64,000 nucleotides of DNA from NCBI RefSeq assembly GCF_052425735.1, contig NC_135761.1, positions 33,666,001 through 33,730,000 on the forward strand. The letters are read 5' to 3'. Positions 23,856-35,046 of this stretch are shown here, piece after piece. The notes beneath the pieces are model-generated. The model made no database searches, was not told the DNA's origin, and was given only the letters and a program-made list of their open reading frames with translations. The stretch comes from Oculina patagonica (lineage: Eukaryota). How positions within the stretch are numbered: the stretch's first letter is position 1; each line of letters starts with the position of its first letter. A program made the translations under genes and the position numbers.

Positions 23856-24842
23856 ATGAACAGACAAGTCAAGTTTAACCCTGAAGTCAAACGCGCTGTT
23901 TTCAGTACGTTGAAGAGTACGCACCGATGTCTTGAACATCTTGCAAATACACGGATAGTTGAAGAAGACGAAATCGCTTCACGTAGTTCCGAGTTTCAGG
24001 AAGAGAACCGCGCTCAAAAGAGGGCTTTACACGAATATCATTTATCACGAAAGCGATGCCGCCTTTTTTTGCGTCAAGATATCTTTGATGCATTTTGGAG
24101 TGTGTATGAGCATGAAGCATGGAGTAGATTGGAAGAGTTAGTTGGAACTCCTGATGTGACGGTCAACGATGTGGAGATGTTTGGTCTCGAAGCCGTTTTG
24201 TCTGTAAATAAAAATGAAATTGTGAAGTTATGGCGTGAAAGACTTATGCTAATGATTCCGTCAGTGTTACAACATGAATTGGTTCCATTTCACGAGCGTT
24301 GGGTTCAAGACCAATTTAAAGATCAAGCAAACATTGAAGAAATGCAAAGGAGATTGTGTGCAAAAGCAAACACTTCAAATCACTGGCTGACAGAACTTGT
24401 AAATGAAATGCTTGTATCTCCTGACACTCCATCAACTCCTGAAATCAACTATGAAAACCTATCAGGTGCGTTAAATGAACTCGAAGTTGCTCATCCGGAG
24501 ATTTTTCAAGACTTGCATTCGTCCGTTGAATCTACTAAAGTAAACAATCCAGATGAATGCCTTGACACCCCACCAACACCTGAACTCAGATATGACAGAA
24601 TGTCGCAAGCACTAAATGAGGTGAACTATATCAATGACGACATATGCGAAGATACACCGTTGATTGTGGAATCCGCTCTTAACGTCCACGAACTGGATGC
24701 CCTACAGAACGAGAGCGAAATGTATGAAGCAGAAGAAACAGAATCAGATGATACACTTATAGAGGCGATGCAAGATTGGGAAGAAAAGGAAATAGAATCA
24801 GTCTTTGAAACCTGAAATTATGAACATCTTTTGGAAGACAAA
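23856..24842 (+). CDS. Acidic 319-aa ORF, possibly exon 1 of the pPolB polyprotein
   Basis: ORF 23856-24815 has an internal peptide repeat (DTPSTPEINYENLSGALNE / DTPPTPELRYDRMSQALNE). A consensus GTAAGT donor lies at 24843, just after the stop. Confidence 0.6.
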
Positions 24843-24902
24843 GTAAGTCATTCTTAAATCTATAACAATTATATTAAACTCGCTTGAATAGTTTGTTGTT
24901 CC

Positions 24903-25420
24903 TGCAAGTTACATAGCCTCGCTTTCATGACTCAGCTAAACAGTTAATTAATTATGAATATGTTAGTCACACAGCCTCGCTTCCGTGTCTTAGTTAAACG
25001 GATTATTATCTCTGTAAGTTACATAACTGAAATACGACTCTGCAAGTTACACAGCCTCGCTTTCAGGACTCAGTTAAACAATATTATCTCTGTAAGTTAC
25101 ATAACTGAAATACGTCTGCAAGTTACACAGCCTCGCTTCCGTGTCTTAGTTAAACGGATTATTATCTCTGTAAGTTACATAACTGAAATACGACTCTGCA
25201 AGTTACACAGCCTCGCTTTCAGGACTCAGTTAAACAGAATATTATCTCTGTAAGTTACATAACTGAAATACGACTCTGCAAGTTACACAGCCTCGCTTTC
25301 AGGACTCAGTTAAACAGAATATTATCTCTGTAAGTTACATAACTGAAATATGAGTCTGCAAGTTACACAGCCTCGCTTTCAGGACTCAGTTAAACAGCAC
25401 ATTTTCTCTGTAAGTTACAT
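24903..25420 (+). repeat. Tandem repeat with a unit of about 80 bp, about 7 copies, two subtypes
   Basis: The core AGCCTCGC recurs at about 24916, 24973, 25053, 25129, 25209, 25289 and 25369. Confidence 0.92.
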
Positions 25421-25471
25421 ATTGAAGTGATGTTTTATTTTGCATTATTTGATTTTATTTCTTATTCTCAG

Positions 25472-28400
25472 CTCACTTTTGTGTCATCAGAATGAAAATG
25501 ACGTTTGCCTTAAGTCCTCAGAGCAAATTGGCTCTGGCAGGGACCTGTGGAAATCTGACAAACACTATACTCTTCGAGAAATAGGTACAAGAAAAGTACG
25601 AAAATTCAACACTATGAGCACCGATTATCACTTCTCACTGAAACTGCAGACAGGTGGAACCCCTCTTTTGAGTCAACTTGGTAACATTTTCGATTCTCTC
25701 GTGGAGGAAATGAGCACAGGCATGGGCGAAAACGATTTGGTAAGATTTGTCTTACAAAGCCGATCCCTTGATTATCCTATTTCTCTACCATTTATGCCTC
25801 GTCATGAATTAAATGCAGAGAGGATCATGGGAGAAGTGCAACGCGTTTTGCAGTCCAATGAAAAAGTAAACTTAAAAGATGGGATGCACGTTCATTTAGT
25901 GCATGTTGGCATGCCGCAGGGTGGAATTGCTACACGCAAAAGAAAACATTACGGTTTTAACTTGTCCAAGTTCCTGGATGCCAAGAAGTGTGTCATTCGT
26001 ATCCGAAACAAAGATTCCTTGTGCCTCGCTCGTGCGTTGGTGACAGACATAGCTCGCCAAGAAGCAAGTCCCGACTGGAATTCAATTCGACAAGGACGTG
26101 AGCTGCAAACCATTTTGGCTAAGGAACTGCACTAGAAGGCCAAAGTTCCGGAGGGTCTCTGTGGTTTACCCGAAATTGCTAAGTTCCAGGCAGTCATCGA
26201 AGATTATCAAATCGTTGTCCTCTCTGCTAAACATTTTAACGCTGTTATTTTTGAAGGACCAAAGCGTGAAAAACAAATCTATCTGTATCTTTACGAAAAC
26301 CATTTCGACATCTTAACTTCTGTTTCTGCCTTTCTGGGAAAAGGCTACTGGTGTTTGGAGTGCAAGAAAAGTTACAACAACAAAGAAGACCATCGTTGCA
26401 ACAAAGTTTGCAAGTGCTGTTTCACAGAAGGATGTAACGGAGTGAAAATGAAAGAACCGTGGCGAGAGAATGTGGTACCTGTCATAGACTGTTTGCAGGA
26501 GACGAATGCTATGCCAATCACTGCCGTCCAAACAAAAATGGTCAGTCGGTATGTCAAAGATTCTACAAATGCACAAAATGCCAAAAAATCTTCTCGCACA
26601 AACGAAGAAGCCCAGAAGATCACCAATGTGGTGAAAAGTTGTGTTTCAACTGTGAAGAATATGTGGATCCCAACACGCACCTCTGTTACATGAAACCGAT
26701 CAAGTTTGAGGATGACGAACAAGAAGAAGAAGAAGAAGAAGGACAAGGAAAAAAGAAGAAAAACAAAGGTAAACGAAGACGCCTTTCAGAAGAAATGTTT
26801 TCTGACGAAGTTGAAGAAGACTACAATATTGAAGAAGAAGCAGAACAGGAATATTTATTCTTTGACATAGAAACACGCCAGGAAGAGGGACGTCACATAG
26901 CAAATTTATTAATTGTACAAGACGAGACGGGATTTGAAGTGGTGTTTAAAGGAGACGATTGTGTCGAACAGTTTGGGTCCTGGTTATTAGACGGAACGCA
27001 CGCAGGTGCCATTGTTATCGCGCACAACTTCCGCTCTTTTGACGGAATACTGTTGTGTGAGTATTTCTATAAGCAATGCATTCTTCCAACGTTGATATTA
27101 AATGGCGCAAAGATCATGTCCATGGACCTCGAAGAAGCCGAAATCAAGTTCCGTGACTCACTGAATTTCTTACCGATGCCTCTTAAAGCCCTGCCTAAAA
27201 CCTTTGGGTTAACTGAACTAAAGAAAGGTTATTTTCCCCATTTCTTCAACCGCCAAGAAAATCAAAGCTACGTTGGTCCTCTTCCTCCAATCGAAAACTA
27301 AGACCCTGACGGTATGAGCGGTAAAGAGCGCCAAGAGTTCTTGAGGTGGTATGAAGAGAAGAAGAATAATGATTTCACGTTTGATTTTCAAAAAGAGATA
27401 GTGGAATACTGTCGAAGTGATGTTGACATTCTCCGACGATGCTGTCTACATTTTAAACAGCTAATGGAAGAAACTTGCAATCTGGATCCTTTCAAGTACT
27501 GCATCACGATTGCGTCCGCCTGTAATTATGTTTTTCGGCAAGAGTTCTTAGAAGAAGAAACAATTGGTCTTGTTCCACCTCAACGATACCAACCTGCTCG
27601 CAAACAATCCGTACCCGTACCCGTATCCGGTGCCCGTATACTCCATGCATTGAACGGTGGAGAGCAGCGGATCGATGGTAATTATGTTGACGGTTATGAT
27701 CCTGACACAAAGATCATTTACGAGTTCATGGGCTGTATGTGGCATGGTTGCGCCAAATGTTTCTTACCTGATACCAAGAATCCGGTGAATGACACCAGCA
27801 TGGAAGACCTTCTTGAGGGAACCATCCGTAAACTAGAACGCTTCAAGAAGTTGGGATACCAAGTGGAAGTCAAATGGGAATGTGAATTCAGGCACGAGCT
27901 TGCCAATAGTCCAGACATGAGAGACTTCATCCAAAACCTCAAATTTGATACTCCCTTAGAGCCTCGCGATGCGTTTTTTGGTGGAAGGACCAATGCCACG
28001 TGTCTCTTCAAAGAGGTGAAGAGGATGAGAAAATTCATTACGTAGACTTTACCTCCTTGTACCCTTTCACGAATAAATATGGAAGCTTTCCTATCAAACA
28101 TCCCGAAATTTTGACCAGTGAAGCTCTCATCAACCGCTCTCCCACTGAATTCTATGGTCTGATCAAATGCAACATTCTCCCACCATCATCCCTGTTTCAT
28201 CCGATGCTACCCTACCGCGCCCAAGGAAAATTGATGTTCCCATTGTGCAGAACGTGTGCCGAGAATTTACAACAATCACCCTGTAAACACAACAAAGAAG
28301 AACGTATGTTGTCTGGAACTTGGTGTTCCATTGAGGTCGTAAAAGCTTTGGAAATGAGATATCGTATGGTCCGAATGGTGGAAGTTTGGAATTTCCCCGA

Positions 28401-29292
28401 AAAGTCCTCGAAGCTGTTTACCGGATACATAGATACCTTTCTGAAAATTAAACAAGAAGCAAGCGGGTGGCCATCATGGTGTCAAACAGAGCAACAGAAG
28501 AGGCAATACATTAGGGACTACGAACGAAAAGAAGGAATCAGATTGGATTATCATAAGATTCGAAAGAACCCTGGGCTTCGTTCGTTAGCCAAACTCATGC
28601 TTAACTCCTTTTGGGGAAAATTCGGGCAACGTGACAACATGCCTCAAGTCGAGCTTGTCAGGGATCCCGAGCGCTATTTCAGGCTTCTCACCTGTCAGTC
28701 TACCCAGATAAAGAATATTCAGTTTGTCAACGATGAATGCATTGAAGTGTACTACACTCAAGGAGAGGGATTTGTTCCTGCTTCCAACAAAACCAATGTT
28801 GTGATTGCTGCCTTCACTACAGCTCAAGCCCGTCTGAAACTGTACTCTGTTCTTGAACAGTTGCAGCATAGAGTTCTCTATTTCGACACTGACTCTGTCA
28901 TATTTACAAGTCAACCGAATGAATGGATGCCCCCGCTTGGTGATTACTTAGGAGAACTCACTAATGAGCTTGACAATGATGACTACATTACCACCTTCGT
29001 TTCAGGGGGCCCGAAAAATTATGCGTACCAAACCAAGAATGAAAAAACAAGTTGTAAGATTAGGGGCTTTACGCTTAACCATAGAGGTTCACAGAAGCTC
29101 AATTTTCAGTCCATGTGTGAACAAGTCTCCCGCCCTAATGGAGAAGTCATCTACTTGGAAAACCCTCATTTCATCAAACGGGACGCGAAAACAAAAACAA
29201 TATACACAGTGAAACAGGAAAAGAAGTATCAACTTGTGTACGACAAGAGAGTAATCCATGGTTACATCACTTACCCCTACGGATTTCGCTGA
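25472..29292 (+). pseudogene. POLB: Protein-primed family B DNA polymerase with N-terminal OTU-like protease, Zn fingers and a VSR-like insert; disrupted
   Basis: OTU Cys and His motifs DSLCLARAL and NHFD, exonuclease FFDIET and AHNF..FDG, YCRSDV, YEFMGCMWHGC, FFGGRT, DFTSLYP, KLMLNSFWGKFGQ, YFDTDS. Stops at 26133 and 27299, frameshifts near 26467 and 28015, in-frame lesion near 27615. Confidence 0.95.
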
Positions 29293-29372
29293 CTGGTGAT
29301 TGTCGCCAGTTGGGATGGTTATAAGGCGAGGTTGGAGGCTACACTAGGCTCAAATCACGTTGAACTTTCAAC

Positions 29373-29648
29373 ATGGACAGACTGTATTTTCATCTAGTGC
29401 GTGTCTCCGCTAAACGCCATTTCTCTCGATATGCATTCCGTAACATACCACCTGAACAATGGTCATCTCTTCTCAAAGAAATAGAACCAATGAATTATGG
29501 TCGTTTATTGTGCTTCTACGCCTACATGGATCACTGCAGCGTCACTTTTAGTGAACAATACGAATTTCACAAAACATTATGCGATCAATACCCATCGCAT
29601 TATCCCTCTATCTGGTGGATGCTTCTACAGGTTATAAAAAGCAGATAA
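29373..29648 (+). CDS. Polinton accessory ORF, 91 aa, unknown (aromatic-rich)
   Basis: Intact ORF with a good CAACATGG start context, in the gene-dense interval between pPolB and integrase. Confidence 0.55.
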   Translation: MDRLYFHLVRVSAKRHFSRYAFRNIPPEQWSSLLKEIEPMNYGRLLCFYAYMDHCSVTFSEQYEFHKTLCDQYPSHYPSIWWMLLQVIKSR

Positions 29649-29679
29649 AATCTATTTTGCTATCATTTACAGTTCAACC

Positions 29680-29895
29680 ATGGGCAACTTCACAAGTCGG
29701 TTATGCCAATCCCCTGTTCCAAACCTATCCTTTAAAGAAATGTGTCAGAGGATGTGTTGCTTAGTTGTCTGCTGTGATAGTCAAGTGCACATTGATTATA
29801 GCGATGCCTCAGATGAAGAAGAACAAGAACAAGAAGTCCATGAACGAGAAATCTCGCAAGAAAGTGTATCAACTTTTAGAGAAACTGTATTATGA
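29680..29895 (+). CDS. 71-aa protein with N-myristoylation motif, Cys cluster, acidic tract and C-terminal PDZ-binding motif
   Basis: ACCATGG start context; MGNFTS...MCCLVVCC...DASDEEEQEQE...FRETVL-stop. Overlaps the integrase start. Confidence 0.6.
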   Translation: MGNFTSRLCQSPVPNLSFKEMCQRMCCLVVCCDSQVHIDYSDASDEEEQEQEVHEREISQESVSTFRETVL

Positions 29896-30921
29896 ACAAG
29901 ACCGTCCTTCTGCTTTGGGTGGTGTAGAAAAGTTGTATCGTGTGGCGCGTCAACATGGAATAAAACGTAAGCAAGTTCTTCAGTGGTTACAGCAACAACC
30001 TGGCTACACCCTTCATAAACCAGCTCGTAAACGGTTTACTCGTAACAGAGTGTTTGTCAATGGATTAGACCAGCAATGGCAGTGTGACCTTTGTGACGTT
30101 TCAAGTCTGAGTCGATGGAACCGTGGACATAAGTACATACTCACATGTATCGATGTCCTATCTAAGTACGCTTGGGCCGTGGCCTTAAAAACAAAAACGG
30201 GTTCTGCGTTGGTGGCGGCCTTTACAAAAATCTTTCAGCAAGGAAGAAAGCCTGAAGTTTTGCAATCCGATGCTGGAACGGAATTCAAAAATAAAACGTT
30301 TCAAACGTTTCTCAAGAAGCATGACGTTCGCCATTTTGTCACGTACAACGAAACGAAAGCCCAGATCGCGGAACGTTTTAACAAGACGTTAAAACAGTTG
30401 ATGTGGAGGATGTTTACCACTAGCAGCACAAGCTGGATAGTTTGGTTAACGATAACTACAATCAGAGCGTTCATCGAAGCATTAAAATGAAACCCATTGA
30501 TGTCAACGTTTTTAATGCACAAAAAGTGTGGCGAACCTTGTATGGTAAGCAATTCTCACCCAAACAGTATAAATTCAATGTGGGCGATCAAGTCAAGATC
30601 AGTAAGTACAAGAAAGTCTTTGAGAAAGGTTACCTCCCATCGTGGACCGAAGAAACTTTCACAATTGGTCAAAGACTTCCACGAAATCCACCTGTGTATC
30701 GTTTAAAGGAAGCAAACGGAGACTGGATTCAGGGTACATTTTATGAAGCTGAGCTACAGAAAGTTATTGAAAAAGCAGATCACCTGTTTCGCATTGAGAA
30801 AATTTTGAAAAGTAGAGGAAAAGGAAAACAGAAAGAAGTTTTAGTGCTTTGGAAAGGCTGGCCGAGATCCTACGCAAGCTGGCTACCCTCTAAACAGTTG
30901 GTTTTGTTACAACAAGCATGA
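29840..30921 (+). pseudogene. INT: Retroviral-like (rve) integrase with C-terminal chromodomain; frameshifting deletion near 30430
   Basis: YTLHKP, WQCDLCD, CIDVLSKYAW, LQSDAGTEF, AERFNKTLK, KGYLPSWTEE.F, and chromodomain IEKIL...LVLWKGWP...SW. Confidence 0.93.
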
Positions 30922-31771
30922 TACAAGACGATGACTTTTACGTGGTGCTTCCAAGCAACGCCAATACCAATTTGTTCCCAACCAATACAGAATCATTTTA
31001 CCGTGTGGCATTACCTCGACAAATCCAATTAAAGGATGAAGAAGATTGGGAAGTTGGACTTCATCATGTTATATATCCATTTTCTTGGTTCGAAGTGCCT
31101 CACGAATGCGACCATCCACACCTTTTGTTCCGACAATTTGGTACGGAAAAGGTACATGCAGCGACGTTACCTGTGGGAAGATATCAAACAGCCCTGGACA
31201 TTGTAGAAGGAATACTTCAATGTGTGAATCTCAAGTACTTTGACCTAACAGTGGATGATGAATGGAACATTACTTTCAAAACTCAGGATATCTGGGTTAT
31301 GGTTTCAACACCAGTCGCTCAAGCTCTAGGGTGGATAACCAGTGAAAACAAAATCCTTCAGAGTGAACTTCTGGTTTAAAAATTCTTTCCTCCTCGAAAG
31401 GGATTCCTTCAATGGAGAATGAAGTGTGCGTACTACCACGAAATTCTTCAATTACCTTTTCGGGTACCTTTCTTATACCCTCGAGCGTTTCTCTCTGTCG
31501 TTGCAGACACATAGTGGTGCAAGTACAAACTAATCTTATTGAGCCACGTCAAGTTGGTGAAAATCGTCTGCAAATGTTACACGAAATGGTACCAAGTGGC
31601 ATGTTTCGAGAAACATTAATGGAAGAGCCGCTACGTGTGAATTATCTTACGTTACGAACCAAAACATTCCAGACCATAGACATCTACTTAACCAGCAGTT
31701 GTGGTAAGCTACTTTCATTTCAAGGCGGAATTGTAAACATGACACTACACTTCAGACGACGCACAAGATGA
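30918..31771 (+). pseudogene. Minor capsid protein (penton) 1, frameshifted near 31375
   Basis: FYVVLPSNA...LP..I.L...WEVGL at the N-terminus, LHFRRR at the C-terminus. ATGA overlap with the integrase stop. Confidence 0.8.
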
Positions 31772-32649
31772 CCAACAGTTTTTATATCGTAGCTACAAGT
31801 GATGCGAGCAAGGAGCAGCACAGTAAAAACGCCGCTGCAAGTTTCAAAATGCAACTTCCAAATTAAGTGCATTTAAGTGAAGACTGGGAGGTTGCAATGA
31901 CTCACGTCATTTATCCACACACGTGGCACAATGTGAAACATCGTGAACTGTCTTACCTTCTAAGCTACCATGGTAAGGCATCATGGAAGCTACCAATTTA
32001 TCTACCGAGTGGAAATTATCAAACGCTTGAGGATTTAGTAAATGGCATGGTGACAGGACTGCACAGCTCGATTCTAGACATCTACCTTAAAAGTGAAAAG
32101 AAGATCAAACGCATTGGAGGAAAAGACTGTTTCTACATTTACCCAAAAGGCAGACATTATTACGAGTTCAATCTACCTCCAGGCTATCAAATAAGCCTAC
32201 CTAAGAATATAGCTAAGGCGTTAGGCTACTTAAACCATCAAAATCGTGTACCCACCCTTTATGAGATCCTTGCTCCTGCATCTATCCAGTTGAATGAGGA
32301 CCAAAGCATAACCCTTTCAGCAAACACCACCACCATGAAGCGAAATGATGAATTGGTATGGGGCATGTTGACCAGTCATTCTTTTCAGTCCATGTACATT
32401 TACTCGAATCTTATAGAGTCCCTTGTAGTGGGGAATGTACAAGCTAATCTTCTGAGAACAATAGTACCACGTGGTCGACCTGGTGACATGATTGCAGAAG
32501 AGATAAAGATACCTACCTATCATCGTCTCCGTACATCAGTCTTTTCGTCAGTGGAGATCAATATAAGGGGTGATACTGGTCAATTAATATCATTTACGTC
32601 TGGAGTCGTACGAGTAACATTGCATTTTAGACGTCGTGCAATTCTATAA
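31768..32649 (+). pseudogene. Minor capsid protein (penton) 2, premature stop at 31864
   Basis: FYIVATSDAS...WEVAM...MYIYSNLIE...VGN..ANLLR...TLHFRRR. ATGA overlap with penton 1. Confidence 0.82.
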
Positions 32650-32650
32650 C

Positions 32651-33109
32651 ATGATCCTACCAATGAATTATCAGTTTTATCCTTACCAAAGACAAGTCAT
32701 TCCCTTTTCGCAACGAGGCAAGGGAGCTATAAGTATCTTTGGAGGATCACATCCTTACGGTCAAGGAGGCAATGGATTAGGTGGAATGTTTCGTTCACTC
32801 TTTCGCACAGCTACACCCTTTCTCAAAACAACAGCTAAGAAAGTAGGAAAACGATTGCTCAACACTGGTCTAGACACAGGAATGCAAATTGCAAAAGATG
32901 TTATCAATGGGCAGTCGGTTAAGAAGGCTACAAAGTCAAGAGCAAAGGCTGCCGGGAAAAACTTTTTGACAGGTGCCATTCAGGACATTACGCAGCAAGG
33001 GCGTGGGCGAAAAGTACTTAAACGCAAACGGAAAGCTACTCCAGCCAGTTCAAGACAGGCCAAGAAACGGAGAACATCAACAGCAAAGTTCCAAACGATT
33101 TTTGACTGA
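32651..33109 (+). CDS. Basic virion core / membrane-lytic (cupiennin- or pVI-like) protein
   Basis: QxGxG-type motifs (QRGKG, QGGNG, QQGRG), an amphipathic segment GLGGMFRSLFRTATPFLK and a basic tail. Sits in the conserved position before MCP. Confidence 0.75.
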   Translation: MILPMNYQFYPYQRQVIPFSQRGKGAISIFGGSHPYGQGGNGLGGMFRSLFRTATPFLKTTAKKVGKRLLNTGLDTGMQIAKDVINGQSVKKATKSRAKAAGKNFLTGAIQDITQQGRGRKVLKRKRKATPASSRQAKKRRTSTAKFQTIFD

Positions 33110-33111
33110 AT

Positions 33112-34440
33112 ATGGCTTCAGCACACCCTCTCTCTGTTCCTGGGGAAAATTCGAGTTTGCAACTGTTTCAAGTACCAGTCACTGATGTTTCTGTTGTGAA
33201 AAGCAAATGGGTTGACTATGAACCTGTTCAAAGTGGAACCAACCCTATTGAGTTTGTTATCAAACCACTCTCAGACTACATCGACATAAACAAAACCGAG
33301 TTGAGATTCGTGGTGAAGATAAGTAAACGAAACGGAGCTGATCTCACTGCAGGAAAGAAATATACATTGATAAACAATGCCCTTCATTCTCTCATCAAGC
33401 AGTTCACCATCAAGTTAAATGAAACACTTGTTACAGAACAATCAGACACCCAAGCTTACAATGCCTACATCAAGACCTTGCTAAATTTTACTGAACAGGC
33501 CAAGAAATCTTATTTGACCAAAGCACTGTACTATAAGGACAGCGCAGGGCATATGGACGAAGTGGATAACACGTCAGAGAATAACTGGGGACTCATGAAG
33601 AGAGGAAGATTTACCAGTGAAAGTGCTGAAGTAGGGTTAGTCGGTGTTCCTCTGTGTGATCTGTTCAACACGAATAAGTTACTGCTGGACAACATAGAAA
33701 TCAAGATCAAGATTGATCTGAACAATGATGACTTTGTTCTTATGAGCGGTGAGGAAGGAAACGATTGCAAGTTACAACTGGTATCAAGTACCCTCAGAGT
33801 GCGCACAGTACGCGTAGCAGACAGCACGAAACTAGAGCACCTTAATATCATGCAAGGACGGTCGGGGCAAAAAGCGCTTCCTGCAATCTACACTTTAACA
33901 AGAACTCCAACGCACTCCAGGATCATTCCAAGTGGAGTATTGAATCATACAGAGACAGATCTTTTCAATGGGCTTATTCCTCAATGCATTATATTTGGAA
34001 TGGTACGAAACGATGCTTATAACGGCAACCTGAAAAGAAATCCCTTCAACTTCCAACTGTTTGGTCTGAATGCTGTTCGAGTGACACTCAATGGCGAAGA
34101 GATCCCCTACTCAGTCATAGACTTGACGGGTGGTAAGAAAATCGATGGGTACAATACCCTCTTCTCAGGTAGTGGCGACATAAACTGTGGACACGGTATA
34201 GACATTGACAGAGAAGATTGGGAAGCAGGATATGGACTTATTCGTTTGGACACAACGCCTGCTGGTAGTGGCCATCCCGACCACTTAATTCCTCACCGTA
34301 GTGGCAACGTGAACCTCTATCTCCAATTTGGTACTCCCACACCTTTGGTTCTCAATTTAATCGTCTACGCTGAATTCCAAAATCATTTGGAAATTGACCG
34401 TAACAGAAGAGTGGTGTACGATCTATCTCAAGGAGCATAA
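33112..34440 (+). CDS. PY: Major capsid protein (double jelly-roll, hexon/PY), intact 442 aa
   Basis: LQLFQVP.T...PIEFVI...YIDI..TEL, NNALHSL, AYNAYIKTLLN, AYNG..KRNPFNFQ, YAEF.N.LEID..R.V. Confidence 0.92.
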   Translation: MASAHPLSVPGENSSLQLFQVPVTDVSVVKSKWVDYEPVQSGTNPIEFVIKPLSDYIDINKTELRFVVKISKRNGADLTAGKKYTLINNALHSLIKQFTIKLNETLVTEQSDTQAYNAYIKTLLNFTEQAKKSYLTKALYYKDSAGHMDEVDNTSENNWGLMKRGRFTSESAEVGLVGVPLCDLFNTNKLLLDNIEIKIKIDLNNDDFVLMSGEEGNDCKLQLVSSTLRVRTVRVADSTKLEHLNIMQGRSGQKALPAIYTLTRTPTHSRIIPSGVLNHTETDLFNGLIPQCIIFGMVRNDAYNGNLKRNPFNFQLFGLNAVRVTLNGEEIPYSVIDLTGGKKIDGYNTLFSGSGDINCGHGIDIDREDWEAGYGLIRLDTTPAGSGHPDHLIPHRSGNVNLYLQFGTPTPLVLNLIVYAEFQNHLEIDRNRRVVYDLSQGA

Positions 34441-34442
34441 AG

Positions 34443-34982
34443 ATGCACACGACTCAAGAGCTGTGGCAAGCTTCATTACAAGATCACGTGCTTGCAGCCC
34501 AAATGAGAGGTGTTTTTCCCAGTGACAAGTTGCCCGTCATAGAGACCTATCCTTCAGCTCTGATTGCAAATACGGATCCCCACGATCAACCAGGCACACA
34601 TTGGGTTGCAATGTACTTTGTAACACCCTATGAAAGTAAATTCTTTGATAGCTACGGATTTCCTCCTGAGACCTATGACATGGATGGATACATAGTTCGA
34701 GAAAATACTTACTATAACGACAAACCGATGCAAGGTCTAAACAGCGATGTATGCGGAGACTACTGTTTGTTTTACTTGCTTCACCGAGCACGGGATGTGG
34801 ATTTGAACACTATTCAAACAAAATTTAGACGATATGATTCGCAGTGGAACGATACACAAGTGGCACATTTTGTACACAGCTATGTTCATTCGATTACTAA
34901 GAATAGCAATGTAACACTTCTTAAAAGTGAGCAGCAAGTTTGTAAGTCATTTCAATGTTGGCGTAAGCAATCAATAAACTAG
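34443..34982 (+). CDS. PRO: Adenain-like cysteine maturation protease, intact
   Basis: ANTDPHDQPGTHWVA, FFDSYG and Q...S.VCG.YC supply the His/Asp/Gln/Cys catalytic set. Confidence 0.93.
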   Translation: MHTTQELWQASLQDHVLAAQMRGVFPSDKLPVIETYPSALIANTDPHDQPGTHWVAMYFVTPYESKFFDSYGFPPETYDMDGYIVRENTYYNDKPMQGLNSDVCGDYCLFYLLHRARDVDLNTIQTKFRRYDSQWNDTQVAHFVHSYVHSITKNSNVTLLKSEQQVCKSFQCWRKQSIN

Positions 34983-35046
34983 TTTTAAAAGGAAAATAAT
35001 CTGTGTGTTTTTGTAAAGGGGGACTGATGCGTAAACTTATCAATTG

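Noticed and set aside
24903-25420. Regular repeat array as a CRISPR
   Set aside because: The units repeat in full with no unique spacers, there are no cas genes and the context is eukaryotic. The 99-aa ORF at 24954 is a by-product of the repeat.
25476-25496. LxCxE Rb-binding motif (LLCHQNE)
   Set aside because: It has Q rather than E and depends on an unproven splice. No true LxCxE was found in the accessory ORFs.
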